A DNA stretch of 39,461 nt from Coriobacteriia bacterium. Lineage in GTDB: Bacteria; Actinomycetota; Coriobacteriia; Anaerosomatales; SLCP01. The position numbers and the translations under genes were made by a program. The stretch lies in NCBI GenBank assembly GCA_007123455.1, contig SKKZ01000143.1:1-39461 (forward strand). Reading direction: 5' to 3'. This document shows positions 18,950 through 27,231 of this stretch, in pieces. The notes under the pieces were generated by a model. It saw only the letters and a list, made by a program, of their open reading frames with translations. It did no database searches and was not told the DNA's origin. Numbering within the stretch: the stretch's first letter is position 1; each line of letters starts with the position of its first letter.

Positions 18950-19906
18950 ATGGCCGATATGAAGCCCGTTCCTGCGATACGGATCGAACGCGCCGAGAAG
19001 AGATACGGAGGAGCGGCAGGTTTCACGGCCGTCTCCGACGTCAGCCTCACGGTCTCACCCGGCTCGATCCACGGACTGCTCGGCCCGAACGGGGCCGGGA
19101 AGACGACCACACTGAAGATGCTTCTCGGGCTCGTGCGCCCGTCGGGTGGCGACTTCGAGATTCTGGGTGAGCCGGCCGGACCCGCCGTCAGGGCACGTGT
19201 CGGGTTCCTACCCGAGCAGCCCTACTTCTCGCCGCTGCTCACGGCCGGTGAGTTACTCATGCTGCACGGGAGGCTCTCGGGGATGTCTGCCTCGGACGTC
19301 TCTGCCCGCACCAGCACGCTCCTCGCCCGGGTCGGTCTCGAGGGCCGGGAAGACACGCGGCTGGCGAAGTATTCGCGTGGCATGCTCCAGCGCATCGGCA
19401 TCGCTCAGGCGCTTGTCGCCGCTCCCGAAGTGGTGGTTCTCGATGAGCCTGCGTCCGGTCTCGACCCCGTCGGTCAGCGTGATGTCCGTGACCTCATGAT
19501 GGGGCTCGCCGAGGACGGCACGACGGTTCTGCTCTCGTCGCATCAGCTCTCCGAGGTCGAGGCGGTCTGTGACGAAGTCACCATTCTCAACCATGGCAAG
19601 GTCGCTGCCGAGGGAGCGATCGATGACCTTCTGAACGTGGCCGGGCGCACCTCCGTGCGCGCACGTGGTACGGCTACTACGCTGCCAGCCGATGTCCAGA
19701 GCCTGATGGAGGACGTCGCGGTCTCGGGTGGTGTATGGGTATTCTCGGTTCCCGATTCGGCCGTGCGCGCCGTGGTCGACATCCTCGACGACAACGGGTG
19801 GGCGATAGAGGCGATACTCCCGAAACGGCAGTCGCTCGAAGAGTACTTCGGCCGCATGCTCGACGAGTCGCGTACCGTGGCGGAGGAGCAGGCGGTTTCG
19901 CGATGA
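18950..19906 (+). CDS. ABC transporter ATP-binding protein (ABC-2 exporter type)
   Basis: Walker A GPNGAGKTT, signature YSRGMLQRIGIAQAL, Walker B VVVLDEPASGLD, and H-loop SSHQL. Confidence 0.93.
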   Translation: MADMKPVPAIRIERAEKRYGGAAGFTAVSDVSLTVSPGSIHGLLGPNGAGKTTTLKMLLGLVRPSGGDFEILGEPAGPAVRARVGFLPEQPYFSPLLTAGELLMLHGRLSGMSASDVSARTSTLLARVGLEGREDTRLAKYSRGMLQRIGIAQALVAAPEVVVLDEPASGLDPVGQRDVRDLMMGLAEDGTTVLLSSHQLSEVEAVCDEVTILNHGKVAAEGAIDDLLNVAGRTSVRARGTATTLPADVQSLMEDVAVSGGVWVFSVPDSAVRAVVDILDDNGWAIEAILPKRQSLEEYFGRMLDESRTVAEEQAVSR

Positions 19907-20634
19907 ACCGTGTCTTCGCAGTCGCCCGGGCCGTTGTGTCCGACGCCATCAGGCGCCGGCTCGTATGGATCGTGGTCCTCTTCTCGCTCGTGCTCGCCGC
20001 GAGCATCCCGATGCTGCCAAGCTACGGCGTGGGTGTCGCCGAGGCCGTCTACAGGGAGATCGCGCTCGCGATGACCTATGTCGCCGCGATGGTGGTCACG
20101 CTGGTGCTCTCGGTGGCACGGATTCCCGGTGAGGTCGAGCGCCGCACCGTATACAGCGTGCTCGCCCGTGACGTCAGACGGTGGGAGTACGTGCTCGGCA
20201 CGTGGCTCGGCATCGTGCTCACCCTCGGCGCCGCTACACTTGCGTTCGGCGCCATCATCTTCGGGGTGGGCTGGGTCATGTACGGGGAGCCCATGTGGCT
20301 GCTCTGGCAGGGCGTTGCGGCGATATGGATGGAAGCGGGAATCATCGCCGCGCTGTGCGTGGCGGTCTCCACCGTCACACTTCCCGTGATCGTTGCGATC
20401 GCAGCCCTTGCGTTTCTCTTCATCGCGCACGTGCGGGCGGACCTGCTGGGTGGCCCTCAGAACCCGCTCTGGCACGTCTATCCGTCACTCGATGCGTTCA
20501 ACATCATCGCCCCCGTGGCCCACGGCTCGGGTGTCTCTCTGATGTATCTCGCGACGATGACGGCGGTCTTCGCGGCCTGGGTCGCCATGCTCACACTGCT
20601 TGGCGCGCTCGGGTTCTCGCGGAGGGACCTGTGA
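19903..20634 (+). CDS. ABC-2 family transporter permease
   Basis: The ATG overlaps the ATPase stop (ATGA). It has about 6 hydrophobic segments. The upstream part of the 19735 track ORF overlaps the ATPase gene. Confidence 0.8.
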   Translation: MNRVFAVARAVVSDAIRRRLVWIVVLFSLVLAASIPMLPSYGVGVAEAVYREIALAMTYVAAMVVTLVLSVARIPGEVERRTVYSVLARDVRRWEYVLGTWLGIVLTLGAATLAFGAIIFGVGWVMYGEPMWLLWQGVAAIWMEAGIIAALCVAVSTVTLPVIVAIAALAFLFIAHVRADLLGGPQNPLWHVYPSLDAFNIIAPVAHGSGVSLMYLATMTAVFAAWVAMLTLLGALGFSRRDL

Positions 20635-21299
20635 TGGACTCGCTGGTGCGCTCGCGTACACTCGCACTACTGTTGGTCGTCGCCTTGTTCAGTCTGGCCC
20701 TGATCGGTCAGGCGAGTGCCGACCAGCTCGTGCCGGTCACCGAGCGGACCGGCACCGGACAGGCGATCGAGCGCGCGGGGTTCGCGTACCTGACGGGCGT
20801 GCGCACGTATGGTGCCGCGGTGCTATGGAATCGGCTCGACCCGCTGTTCCACGACTACTATGAAGATCTCCCGCTTGAAGAGCAGACCTACATGATGCCG
20901 ACAATCAACATGGCCATCCTCCTGGACCCGCAGTTCACCCAGCCCTACTATGTCGCCGCATGGGTGCTGGCCCGCCGTGGGCAGGTCGATGAGGGTGTCG
21001 CGCTCGCCGCGCGGGGGGTAGAGAACAACCCGCAATCGGGATTGATGCGTGTTAACCATGCCCAGCTCCTCGTCATCTTCCGCGAGGACGAGGACGCGGC
21101 AGTGGCTCAGGCAGAGGCGGCGCTTGCCGATGACATCGTCTGGGCGAACCTTGTCGAGCAGTACGAAGGTTATGCAGCGGTCCGGACGATACTGCGCAAC
21201 GCGGGCCGCGAGCAGCAGGCAGCTTTCCTCGATGCCGAACTCGAGCGCATCGATGATGAGATCGACAGGCTCGGCGTCTCAGTCGGCCACAATCACTGA
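20634..21299 (+). CDS. Membrane-anchored or secreted helical-repeat (TPR-like) protein of unknown function
   Basis: The ATG overlaps the permease stop (TGATG). The N-terminus MDSLVRSRTLALLLVVALFSLALIGQASA looks like a signal or anchor sequence. The rest is alpha-helical repeat-like. Confidence 0.7.
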   Translation: MDSLVRSRTLALLLVVALFSLALIGQASADQLVPVTERTGTGQAIERAGFAYLTGVRTYGAAVLWNRLDPLFHDYYEDLPLEEQTYMMPTINMAILLDPQFTQPYYVAAWVLARRGQVDEGVALAARGVENNPQSGLMRVNHAQLLVIFREDEDAAVAQAEAALADDIVWANLVEQYEGYAAVRTILRNAGREQQAAFLDAELERIDDEIDRLGVSVGHNH

Positions 21300-21316
21300 G
21301 GAAGCGAAGGATTCTG

Positions 21317-21811
21317 GTGAGAATGCTCTCTCCCGACCGGTACCACTCCAGTGTGACTGCGATAGACCTTGCCGACCTGCAGCGAGGCGGAGTGCGCCAC
21401 CTTCTCATCGATCTGGACAACACGCTGATGCCCCGGGACAGCAGCGAGGTCCCTCCCGATGTCCGGGTGTGGATCGACCGGCTGTCCGACCACGGGATGA
21501 GCGCGTGTCTGGTCTCGAACAACTGGCACGCTCACGTCACCTCTGTTGCCGAGAGCATCGGTCTGCCGATCGTTGCCAAGGCGCTCAAGCCGTTCCCCTC
21601 GGCGTTTCGTAAAGGGCTCCGTGAACTCGGGGGTTCAGCGAAGCATGCGGCCGTGATCGGCGACCAGATATTCACCGATGTTCTGGGGGGCAACCTCTTG
21701 GGAATGACGACCGTGCTCGTCGCCCCGCAATCGACCTCCGACCTGCCTCATACGCTCGTGCTCAGGCGTCTCGAGCGTCTCGTGTTGGCGGGCCGGGAAC
21801 CCCTCGCGTAG
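21317..21811 (+). CDS. yqeG: YqeG-family HAD-IIIA phosphatase
   Basis: LLIDLDNTLMP (HAD motif I), VSNN, and GDQIFTDVLGGNLLGMTTVLV. It precedes aroE, matching the gene neighbourhood known from Bacillus. Confidence 0.88.
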   Translation: MRMLSPDRYHSSVTAIDLADLQRGGVRHLLIDLDNTLMPRDSSEVPPDVRVWIDRLSDHGMSACLVSNNWHAHVTSVAESIGLPIVAKALKPFPSAFRKGLRELGGSAKHAAVIGDQIFTDVLGGNLLGMTTVLVAPQSTSDLPHTLVLRRLERLVLAGREPLA

Positions 21812-21855
21812 ACTCGCCACTGTCAGGACAATGCTGTCGACCGGGAGCAGATGGG

Positions 21856-22761
21856 ATGAGCGCTCGCATCACAGGACGCACGCGTCTGGCGGGAATCATC
21901 GGTTGGCCGGTGGAGCAGAGCCTGTCACCCGTGATGCACAACGCCGCCTATCAGGCGATGGACCTCGATTGGGCCTACGTCCCGCTGCCCGTTGCCGATG
22001 AGACGGACCTGATCCGTGTCGTCGGGGCGATTCGTGTCCTGCCATTCGTCGGATTCAACGTGACCATGCCATACAAACAGGTGATGCTGGAGTTGTGCGA
22101 TGAAGCTGCAATGCTTGCCACCATGGCGGGCGCGGTGAACACCGTGCACTGCGTGGACGGGCGTCTGATCGGCTACAACACCGATGGCAGGGGTCTGGTC
22201 GATTCACTCGCGGCAGAGGTGGGCTACGAGCCGCAGGGCACGACGGTCGTGATTGTCGGAGCGGGAGGGGCCGCAGGTTCGGCCCTGGTCTCGCTCGTAC
22301 TCGGCAAGGCGGAGCGGGTAGTGCTGCTCAACCGGACGCGCGAGAACGCGGAGACGCTAGCCGGGCGCATCAGGCCCCATGCCCGGGAGACCGTCATCGA
22401 TGTGGCCACGCTAGGGGAGGACTCAGCAGAGGAAGTCCGGGAGGCCGACCTCGTCATCAACGCGACCCCCCTCGGGATGGGCCCGACAGACCAGTCCCCG
22501 GTGCCCGCAGAGTGGCTGGGCGCGGGACAGATCGTGGCCGACATGATCTATCGGGCTCAGCCGACGCCGCTCGTCAGAGCCGCTCGCTCCGCCGGAGCTA
22601 AGGCTGTCGACGGCCTCGGCATGTTGGTGGCGCAGGGGGCCATCGCGATGGAGATCTGGGGAGACGAGGAGTGCGGACGTGCCCCCCGTGACGTCATGCG
22701 TCAGGCAGCCGAAGATGCAATCTCGGCCCGTGCAGATGCAGAGCGTGGTGAGGACTCATGA
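21856..22761 (+). CDS. aroE: Shikimate dehydrogenase
   Basis: GIIGWPVEQSLSPVMHNAAY, FNVTMPYKQ, NTDGRG and the NADP-binding motif VGAGGAAGS. Confidence 0.93.
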   Translation: MSARITGRTRLAGIIGWPVEQSLSPVMHNAAYQAMDLDWAYVPLPVADETDLIRVVGAIRVLPFVGFNVTMPYKQVMLELCDEAAMLATMAGAVNTVHCVDGRLIGYNTDGRGLVDSLAAEVGYEPQGTTVVIVGAGGAAGSALVSLVLGKAERVVLLNRTRENAETLAGRIRPHARETVIDVATLGEDSAEEVREADLVINATPLGMGPTDQSPVPAEWLGAGQIVADMIYRAQPTPLVRAARSAGAKAVDGLGMLVAQGAIAMEIWGDEECGRAPRDVMRQAAEDAISARADAERGEDS

Positions 22762-24434
22762 GCGCCGCCGGCAGCCAGAGGCTCGGGCGCCTTCTCGTGG
22801 AGTCGGGCACCATCTCCCAGGAGCAGCTCTCCGCGGCACTTGAATCCGCATTCGGTGGCAAGAGCCTGATCGCTGCTCTCGATGATCTGGGATACGCCTC
22901 TGAAAACGTTGTCGCCCGGGCCGTTGCCGCGCAGATGGGGCTGGACTACATCGATCTTCCGGGATACGACATCGACCCTAATGCGGCGACGAATCTTTCC
23001 TCGGAACTCGCCAGACGGCATAGTGTGCTGCCGGTCAAGATCGAGGACGGCGAGTTGCTGGTTGCGATGTCGGACCCTGCGAACCTGATCGCCATCGACG
23101 ACCTCAGGATCGTCACCGGATATGAGATCCGTCCAGTGGTCGTCGCCGAGAGCGATCTCGCGCAGGCGATCGAGAAGTTCGTGGCCTCACACGCGAACGT
23201 TGACGACATGGTCGGCGATCTCGAGGACGCGGTGAGTACCGGGGATGAGAGCGCGGAAGATGACGTCGACGATGAGAGCGCACCGGTCGCCAAGCTCATG
23301 AACCTCGTCATCACGGAAGGCATCCGGCAGGGCGCCGGTGACATCTATATCGAACCGCACGAACACGAATTGAGGGTCCGCTTCCGCGTAGACGGCGTGT
23401 GTCAGGAGGTGTTCCGCAGCCCGAAGAAGATGCAGCGCCAGCTCATCAGTCGGCTGAAGATAGCTTCCGGCATGGATATCGCCGAGAAGCGCACACCCCA
23501 GGATGGTCGCTTCGGCGTGGTGCTCGACGGCAAGGCGGTGGACTTCCGCGTGGCGGTTCTCCCGCTCGTCCACGGTGAGCTCGCGGTCATGCGGCTTCTC
23601 CGCAAGGACTCGATCATGATGTCGCTGGAGGACCTCGGATTCCTCGAGCAGCCCATGCAGCGGCTGTTGGATGCGCTTGCGCTCCCGTACGGTGCGATCC
23701 TCGTCACCGGGCCGACGGGTTCAGGCAAGTCGACCACGCTCTATGCGGCCATCAACCGGACGAACGACGTCAGCACCAACTTGATTACTGTAGAAGACCC
23801 GGTAGAGTATCGCCTCAACGGACTGTCCCAAGTCCAGGTCCACGAGAAGGCCGGCCTGACGTTCGCCTCGGCGCTGCGCTCCATCCTGAGGCAGGATCCC
23901 GATACCGTGATGATCGGCGAGATCCGTGATGCGGAGACAGGTACGATCGCTATCGAGGCGGCCCTGACCGGCCACCTCGTGCTCTCGACACTCCATACGA
24001 ACGACGCTCCTTCGGCCGTCACGCGTCTGACCGAGATGGGTATCGAGCCCTTCCTCACCGCCTCCGCGATCACCTGTGTCCTGGCTCAGCGACTCGCGCG
24101 ACGTCTCTGTCCCGACTGCAAAGAGAAGTACGTTCCCGAGGAGGAGGCTTTGGCGCGCGTCGGTTTCCCGTTCGAGCCGGGCAGTCCGCCACATATCTTT
24201 CGGGCCAAGGGTTGCCGGAAGTGTAACGACATCGGTTACCGGGGCCGCATGGGCATACATGAGGTCCTGACGATGTCAGAGACGATCGAGCGCATGACCG
24301 TCGAGAACGCGTCGACTGACGAACTCATGGCGCAGGCTGTCGACGAAGGCATGAAGACGCTGAAAGACGATGGTTTCGAGAAGGTGCAGCTGGGACTCAC
24401 ATCGATCGAAGAGATTATGCGCGTAGTAGTCTGA
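22758..24434 (+). CDS. pilB: Type IV pilus assembly ATPase, PilB/GspE family, paralogue 1
   Basis: N-terminal T2SSE_N/MshEN-like domain (RLGRLLVESGTISQEQLSAAL), Walker A GPTGSGKSTT, Walker B DPDTVMIGEIRD, His box TGHLVLSTLHTN, and tetracysteine CPDC..CRKC. The ATG overlaps the aroE stop. Confidence 0.93.
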   Translation: MSAAGSQRLGRLLVESGTISQEQLSAALESAFGGKSLIAALDDLGYASENVVARAVAAQMGLDYIDLPGYDIDPNAATNLSSELARRHSVLPVKIEDGELLVAMSDPANLIAIDDLRIVTGYEIRPVVVAESDLAQAIEKFVASHANVDDMVGDLEDAVSTGDESAEDDVDDESAPVAKLMNLVITEGIRQGAGDIYIEPHEHELRVRFRVDGVCQEVFRSPKKMQRQLISRLKIASGMDIAEKRTPQDGRFGVVLDGKAVDFRVAVLPLVHGELAVMRLLRKDSIMMSLEDLGFLEQPMQRLLDALALPYGAILVTGPTGSGKSTTLYAAINRTNDVSTNLITVEDPVEYRLNGLSQVQVHEKAGLTFASALRSILRQDPDTVMIGEIRDAETGTIAIEAALTGHLVLSTLHTNDAPSAVTRLTEMGIEPFLTASAITCVLAQRLARRLCPDCKEKYVPEEEALARVGFPFEPGSPPHIFRAKGCRKCNDIGYRGRMGIHEVLTMSETIERMTVENASTDELMAQAVDEGMKTLKDDGFEKVQLGLTSIEEIMRVVV

Positions 24435-24578
24435 ACCGGCGTTTTCCCTGCATAGAGGGGTCTATCGGTTGTGAAGACTGGGGCTTCGTGAGAAACTGAG
24501 AAGAGGTAGCTGTACGTCGCCACGGCTCCTAGCGCGTGGCGTCATGCGTTCCGAGGGGTGAGGGAGGGGGCGTCGTCT

Positions 24579-25205
24579 GTGACAGACGAGGGGATCGACA
24601 GGTATTTGGTCGGCGACATCGATGACGAGGAGTTCGACGAGGCGGGTGAGACGGTCGTGCCGCCGGTCATCGTGTCCCCGACATCAACTCCTGACGACGG
24701 TGCACACTACGCTGACCGTGAGGTTACCGATGCGCGAGAACCTGACACGCTTGAAGCGACCATCGCGCCCGAGCAGCCACCCGACGAGGTAGCGCCATCC
24801 GTCGCCACCGAACACGCGGTATCGGACCGGGCGACCTCGAGCCGGGAGCGCCGCCTCGCAGAAGCACTCGAGGAACTGATGTCAGAGTCCAGCGACATCG
24901 AGGCCACCGCGCTCGTCAGCCTTGACGGTTTCATCATCGCCTCGGCGCTGCCCGATGGCATGCAGGAAGACCGTGTCGGCGCGATGTCTGCGGCGATACT
25001 CGCCCTCGGTGAGCGTGCGGCGGCCGAGCTCGGACGCGGACAACTGACGCAGGTGTTCATCGAGGGCGCCGACGGCTACGTGCTGCTGGTAGCTGCCGGA
25101 AACCGGGCGGTGCTCACCGTGCTCGCCGGTCGCCAGGCGAAACTCGGCCTGGTGCTCTACGACATGAGAGCCGCTGCCGATACCATTGGGGAGATACTTC
25201 GCTAG
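24579..25205 (+). CDS. Roadblock/LC7 (MglB/CvnB-like) domain protein with an acidic N-terminal extension
   Basis: The C-terminal approximately 110 aa, IEATALVSLDGFIIASALPDG..DRVGAMSAAILALGERAAAELGRGQL.QVFIEG.DGYVLLVAAG..AVLTVLA....LGLVLYDMR, is a typical Robl_LC7 pattern. The GTG at 24579 lies 8 nt after AGGGAGGGGG; the alternative is 24558. Confidence 0.85.
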   Translation: MTDEGIDRYLVGDIDDEEFDEAGETVVPPVIVSPTSTPDDGAHYADREVTDAREPDTLEATIAPEQPPDEVAPSVATEHAVSDRATSSRERRLAEALEELMSESSDIEATALVSLDGFIIASALPDGMQEDRVGAMSAAILALGERAAAELGRGQLTQVFIEGADGYVLLVAAGNRAVLTVLAGRQAKLGLVLYDMRAAADTIGEILR

Positions 25206-25253
25206 ACATCGAACGGCCACGGATCTTGGCCGAGAAGGGTGCCGACGAGTCGC

Positions 25254-27212
25254 ATGGCACTGAGAGGCGACCTCAAAGACTTCAGCCTGCCCGACGTCTT
25301 CCAGCTCATCACGTTGAGCCGGAAGACCGGCGTGCTGCGCATCAGAGGTGTCGCCGATGCGACAGGAAGCGTGTGGTTCCGCGACGGCGAGGTGTTCTTC
25401 GCGCAGTCCAACTGGCACCATGAGCCTCTCGGTGAGCGGCTCGTCACTGCCCGCAAGATCACACCGCACGCGCTCGAAAAGGCGCTGATGATACAGGCTG
25501 CCGAACCCGAGGGGGGACGCCGCCTAGGCCAGATCCTCGTGGATGAGGGCCACATCACGGAGAAGGTGCTCGAGGCGTTTGTTCAGGAGCAGATCCAGGA
25601 CACCATCTTCGACCTGATGCGCTGGGAAGCCGGCGAGTTCGACTTCGAGCTCCTGCCCGAGGTCGTCCATGAGGACATAGGGCTCACGGTCTCGATCGAG
25701 AACGTCATCATGGAAGGGAGCCGCCGGCTCGAAGAGTGGGCGCGCATCAGGAAGAAGGTCCCCTCGATGGACGTCGTCTTCAAGATGGCGACCGCTCCGG
25801 GTGAGGGTACGTTCGAGATCTCTCTGAAGCCTGTCGAATGGAGCCTGCTGCTGCTGGTGGACGGTACCCGCTCGGTGTCCGAGCTCGCACGTGCCGCCGG
25901 CCGGACCGACTTCGAGGTCGCACGCATCCTCTACGGTCTGTTCTCGGCGGGTCTGCTCGAGTTCGCGCCCGAGGATGAAGTCGAACGCCTGCATGCGCAG
26001 CGAACGGCCGAGCCCGAGGAGCCGGTCGTGGAGAGCGGGCGAGAGGTTGCATGGCATGACGAGGCCCTCGCGGAGCCTGAGCCCGGCGTTGCCTTAGACG
26101 TGGAAACGGAACCCGCTCCGGAACCAGAGCCGGAGACGTCCGCGCCTGAGTCCGAACCCGAACCCGTGCCGGAATCGGTGCCGCCGGTGGTCGTACGTCG
26201 AGAAGCGGAGCAACCACCACCCATAGTCACACGCCGCGAGCCCGAGATCCCCGAATTCCTCGCCGCGCCGCCCGCCGGAAGCGCGACTACCGGCGATGTC
26301 GCCTCGCTTGACGAGATGATGGATGCCGTGCTGGAGATGCCGCGTTCAAAGACCGAGCCTTCTGCACCCGAGCACCCGGCAATCGAGTCGTGGGATGAGG
26401 TCGAACGAGAGCTTCCGGCTGAGGTCGCTGATGTGCCGGATGCAGTTGAGGCCGAGCCGCCCGTGCCCGATTTCGAGCAAGATCTCAGGTCACTCGGTAT
26501 CGGCGAGCTGCCGGAACCGCCCGCGCCGGTCGAACCGCCGGAGCTATTCGCGCCCGAAGAGGTTTCGGAGTCGCTCGCTGACCAGACCGGTGGGTCCGAG
26601 GCTCCGGTGATCGAGCCGCCACCCGAGCCGGAGACACCACCCGAAGCCGGGCCAATGGTGCAGCCTGACGGTGTACCCGAGATCGAACCCACTATCGAGC
26701 CAGAGCCGGAGCCAGAGCCGGAGCCGATGGTAGAGCCTGAACCGGAATCACAGGTCGTGCCCGAGATCGAGATCGTGCCGGAGCCCGAACGCGTCCTGGA
26801 GGCCGAACCGGAGAGCGTCCTCGAGGCCGAACCGGAGAGCGTCCTCGAGGCTGAACCCGAGTTCGGACTCGAGTCCGAGACCGTTGGAACACCCACGGAG
26901 AAGGCCGATCAAGGCCTCGGTGGCCTCGAAGCCGACCTGAGCGATCTGCTCGAGTCGCTCGATGAACCGGAACTCGAGGAACCTTCCGCAGCTATCGTTG
27001 AGCCGGAAGAGATCGCGCCCGAGGAGGCGGGAGCCGACTTCTCGAGCGAGATGAGTGACGAGATCGGTGCGTTGACCGGGGCGCGAAAAGCGCGACCGCA
27101 AGTGAATGTGAGTGACATTCCCGATAAGGGAGGGAGCCCGGGGCTTCGGATGGACCGGGCGGTCGACAAGAACCTCGTACTGAAGATAATCGACGGGCTC
27201 AAGAAGCTGTGA
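25254..27212 (+). CDS. DUF4388 (PATAN-type) domain protein with MshEN-like motifs, a DUF742-like wHTH segment and a long Pro/Glu-rich tail
   Basis: The N-terminus LRGDLKDFSLPDVFQLITLSRKTGVLRI...GSVWFRDGEVFFA is the DUF4388 signature. RLGQILVDEGHITEKVLEAFVQEQ is followed by IFDLMRWEAGEFDFE. VEWSLLLLVDGTRSVSELARAAGRTDFEVARILYGLFSAGLLEF is wHTH-like. From about 26010 the sequence is low-complexity, rich in E and P. The alternative start is GTG 25239. Confidence 0.85.
   Translation: MALRGDLKDFSLPDVFQLITLSRKTGVLRIRGVADATGSVWFRDGEVFFAQSNWHHEPLGERLVTARKITPHALEKALMIQAAEPEGGRRLGQILVDEGHITEKVLEAFVQEQIQDTIFDLMRWEAGEFDFELLPEVVHEDIGLTVSIENVIMEGSRRLEEWARIRKKVPSMDVVFKMATAPGEGTFEISLKPVEWSLLLLVDGTRSVSELARAAGRTDFEVARILYGLFSAGLLEFAPEDEVERLHAQRTAEPEEPVVESGREVAWHDEALAEPEPGVALDVETEPAPEPEPETSAPESEPEPVPESVPPVVVRREAEQPPPIVTRREPEIPEFLAAPPAGSATTGDVASLDEMMDAVLEMPRSKTEPSAPEHPAIESWDEVERELPAEVADVPDAVEAEPPVPDFEQDLRSLGIGELPEPPAPVEPPELFAPEEVSESLADQTGGSEAPVIEPPPEPETPPEAGPMVQPDGVPEIEPTIEPEPEPEPEPMVEPEPESQVVPEIEIVPEPERVLEAEPESVLEAEPESVLEAEPEFGLESETVGTPTEKADQGLGGLEADLSDLLESLDEPELEEPSAAIVEPEEIAPEEAGADFSSEMSDEIGALTGARKARPQVNVSDIPDKGGSPGLRMDRAVDKNLVLKIIDGLKKL
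26781..26870 (+). repeat. In-frame 24-bp tandem repeat (GAGGCCGAACCGGAGAGCGTCCTC, encoding EAEPESVL) inside the Pro/Glu-rich tail
   Basis: Two identical units at 26799-26822 and 26823-26846 are flanked by a shortened unit (26781-26798, EPERVL) and a diverged unit (26847-26870, EAEPEFGL). A GAGCC(A/G) (PE)n run lies at about 26698-26730. Confidence 0.8.
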
Positions 27213-27231
27213 CGGAGAACAGGACAGCCGG

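Noticed and set aside
18950-21299. ABC-2 ATPase, permease and TPR-like membrane protein as a possible novel system
   Set aside because: This is an ordinary-looking exporter operon. The third gene has no distinctive motif that I can read, so there is nothing beyond tight coupling to argue novelty.
24435-24578. Hairpin CGCCACG(24517-24523)/CGTGGCG(24535-24541) between pilB1 and the Roadblock gene as a terminator
   Set aside because: The stem is only 7 bp, the loop is 11 nt and there is no U-tract. That is insufficient to call a terminator, although it may still separate the transcription units.
26690-26880. Short direct repeats that might look like a mini CRISPR or VNTR
   Set aside because: The units are contiguous with no spacers. 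They are in frame and encode the PE-rich protein tail, so this is a coding tandem repeat and not a CRISPR.
25931-26896. 321-aa minus-strand Ser/Gly-rich ORF
   Set aside because: It is the reverse complement of the Pro/Glu-rich repeat region (GAG/CCG codons read as CTC/CGG, giving S/G-rich sequence). It is a low-complexity artefact.
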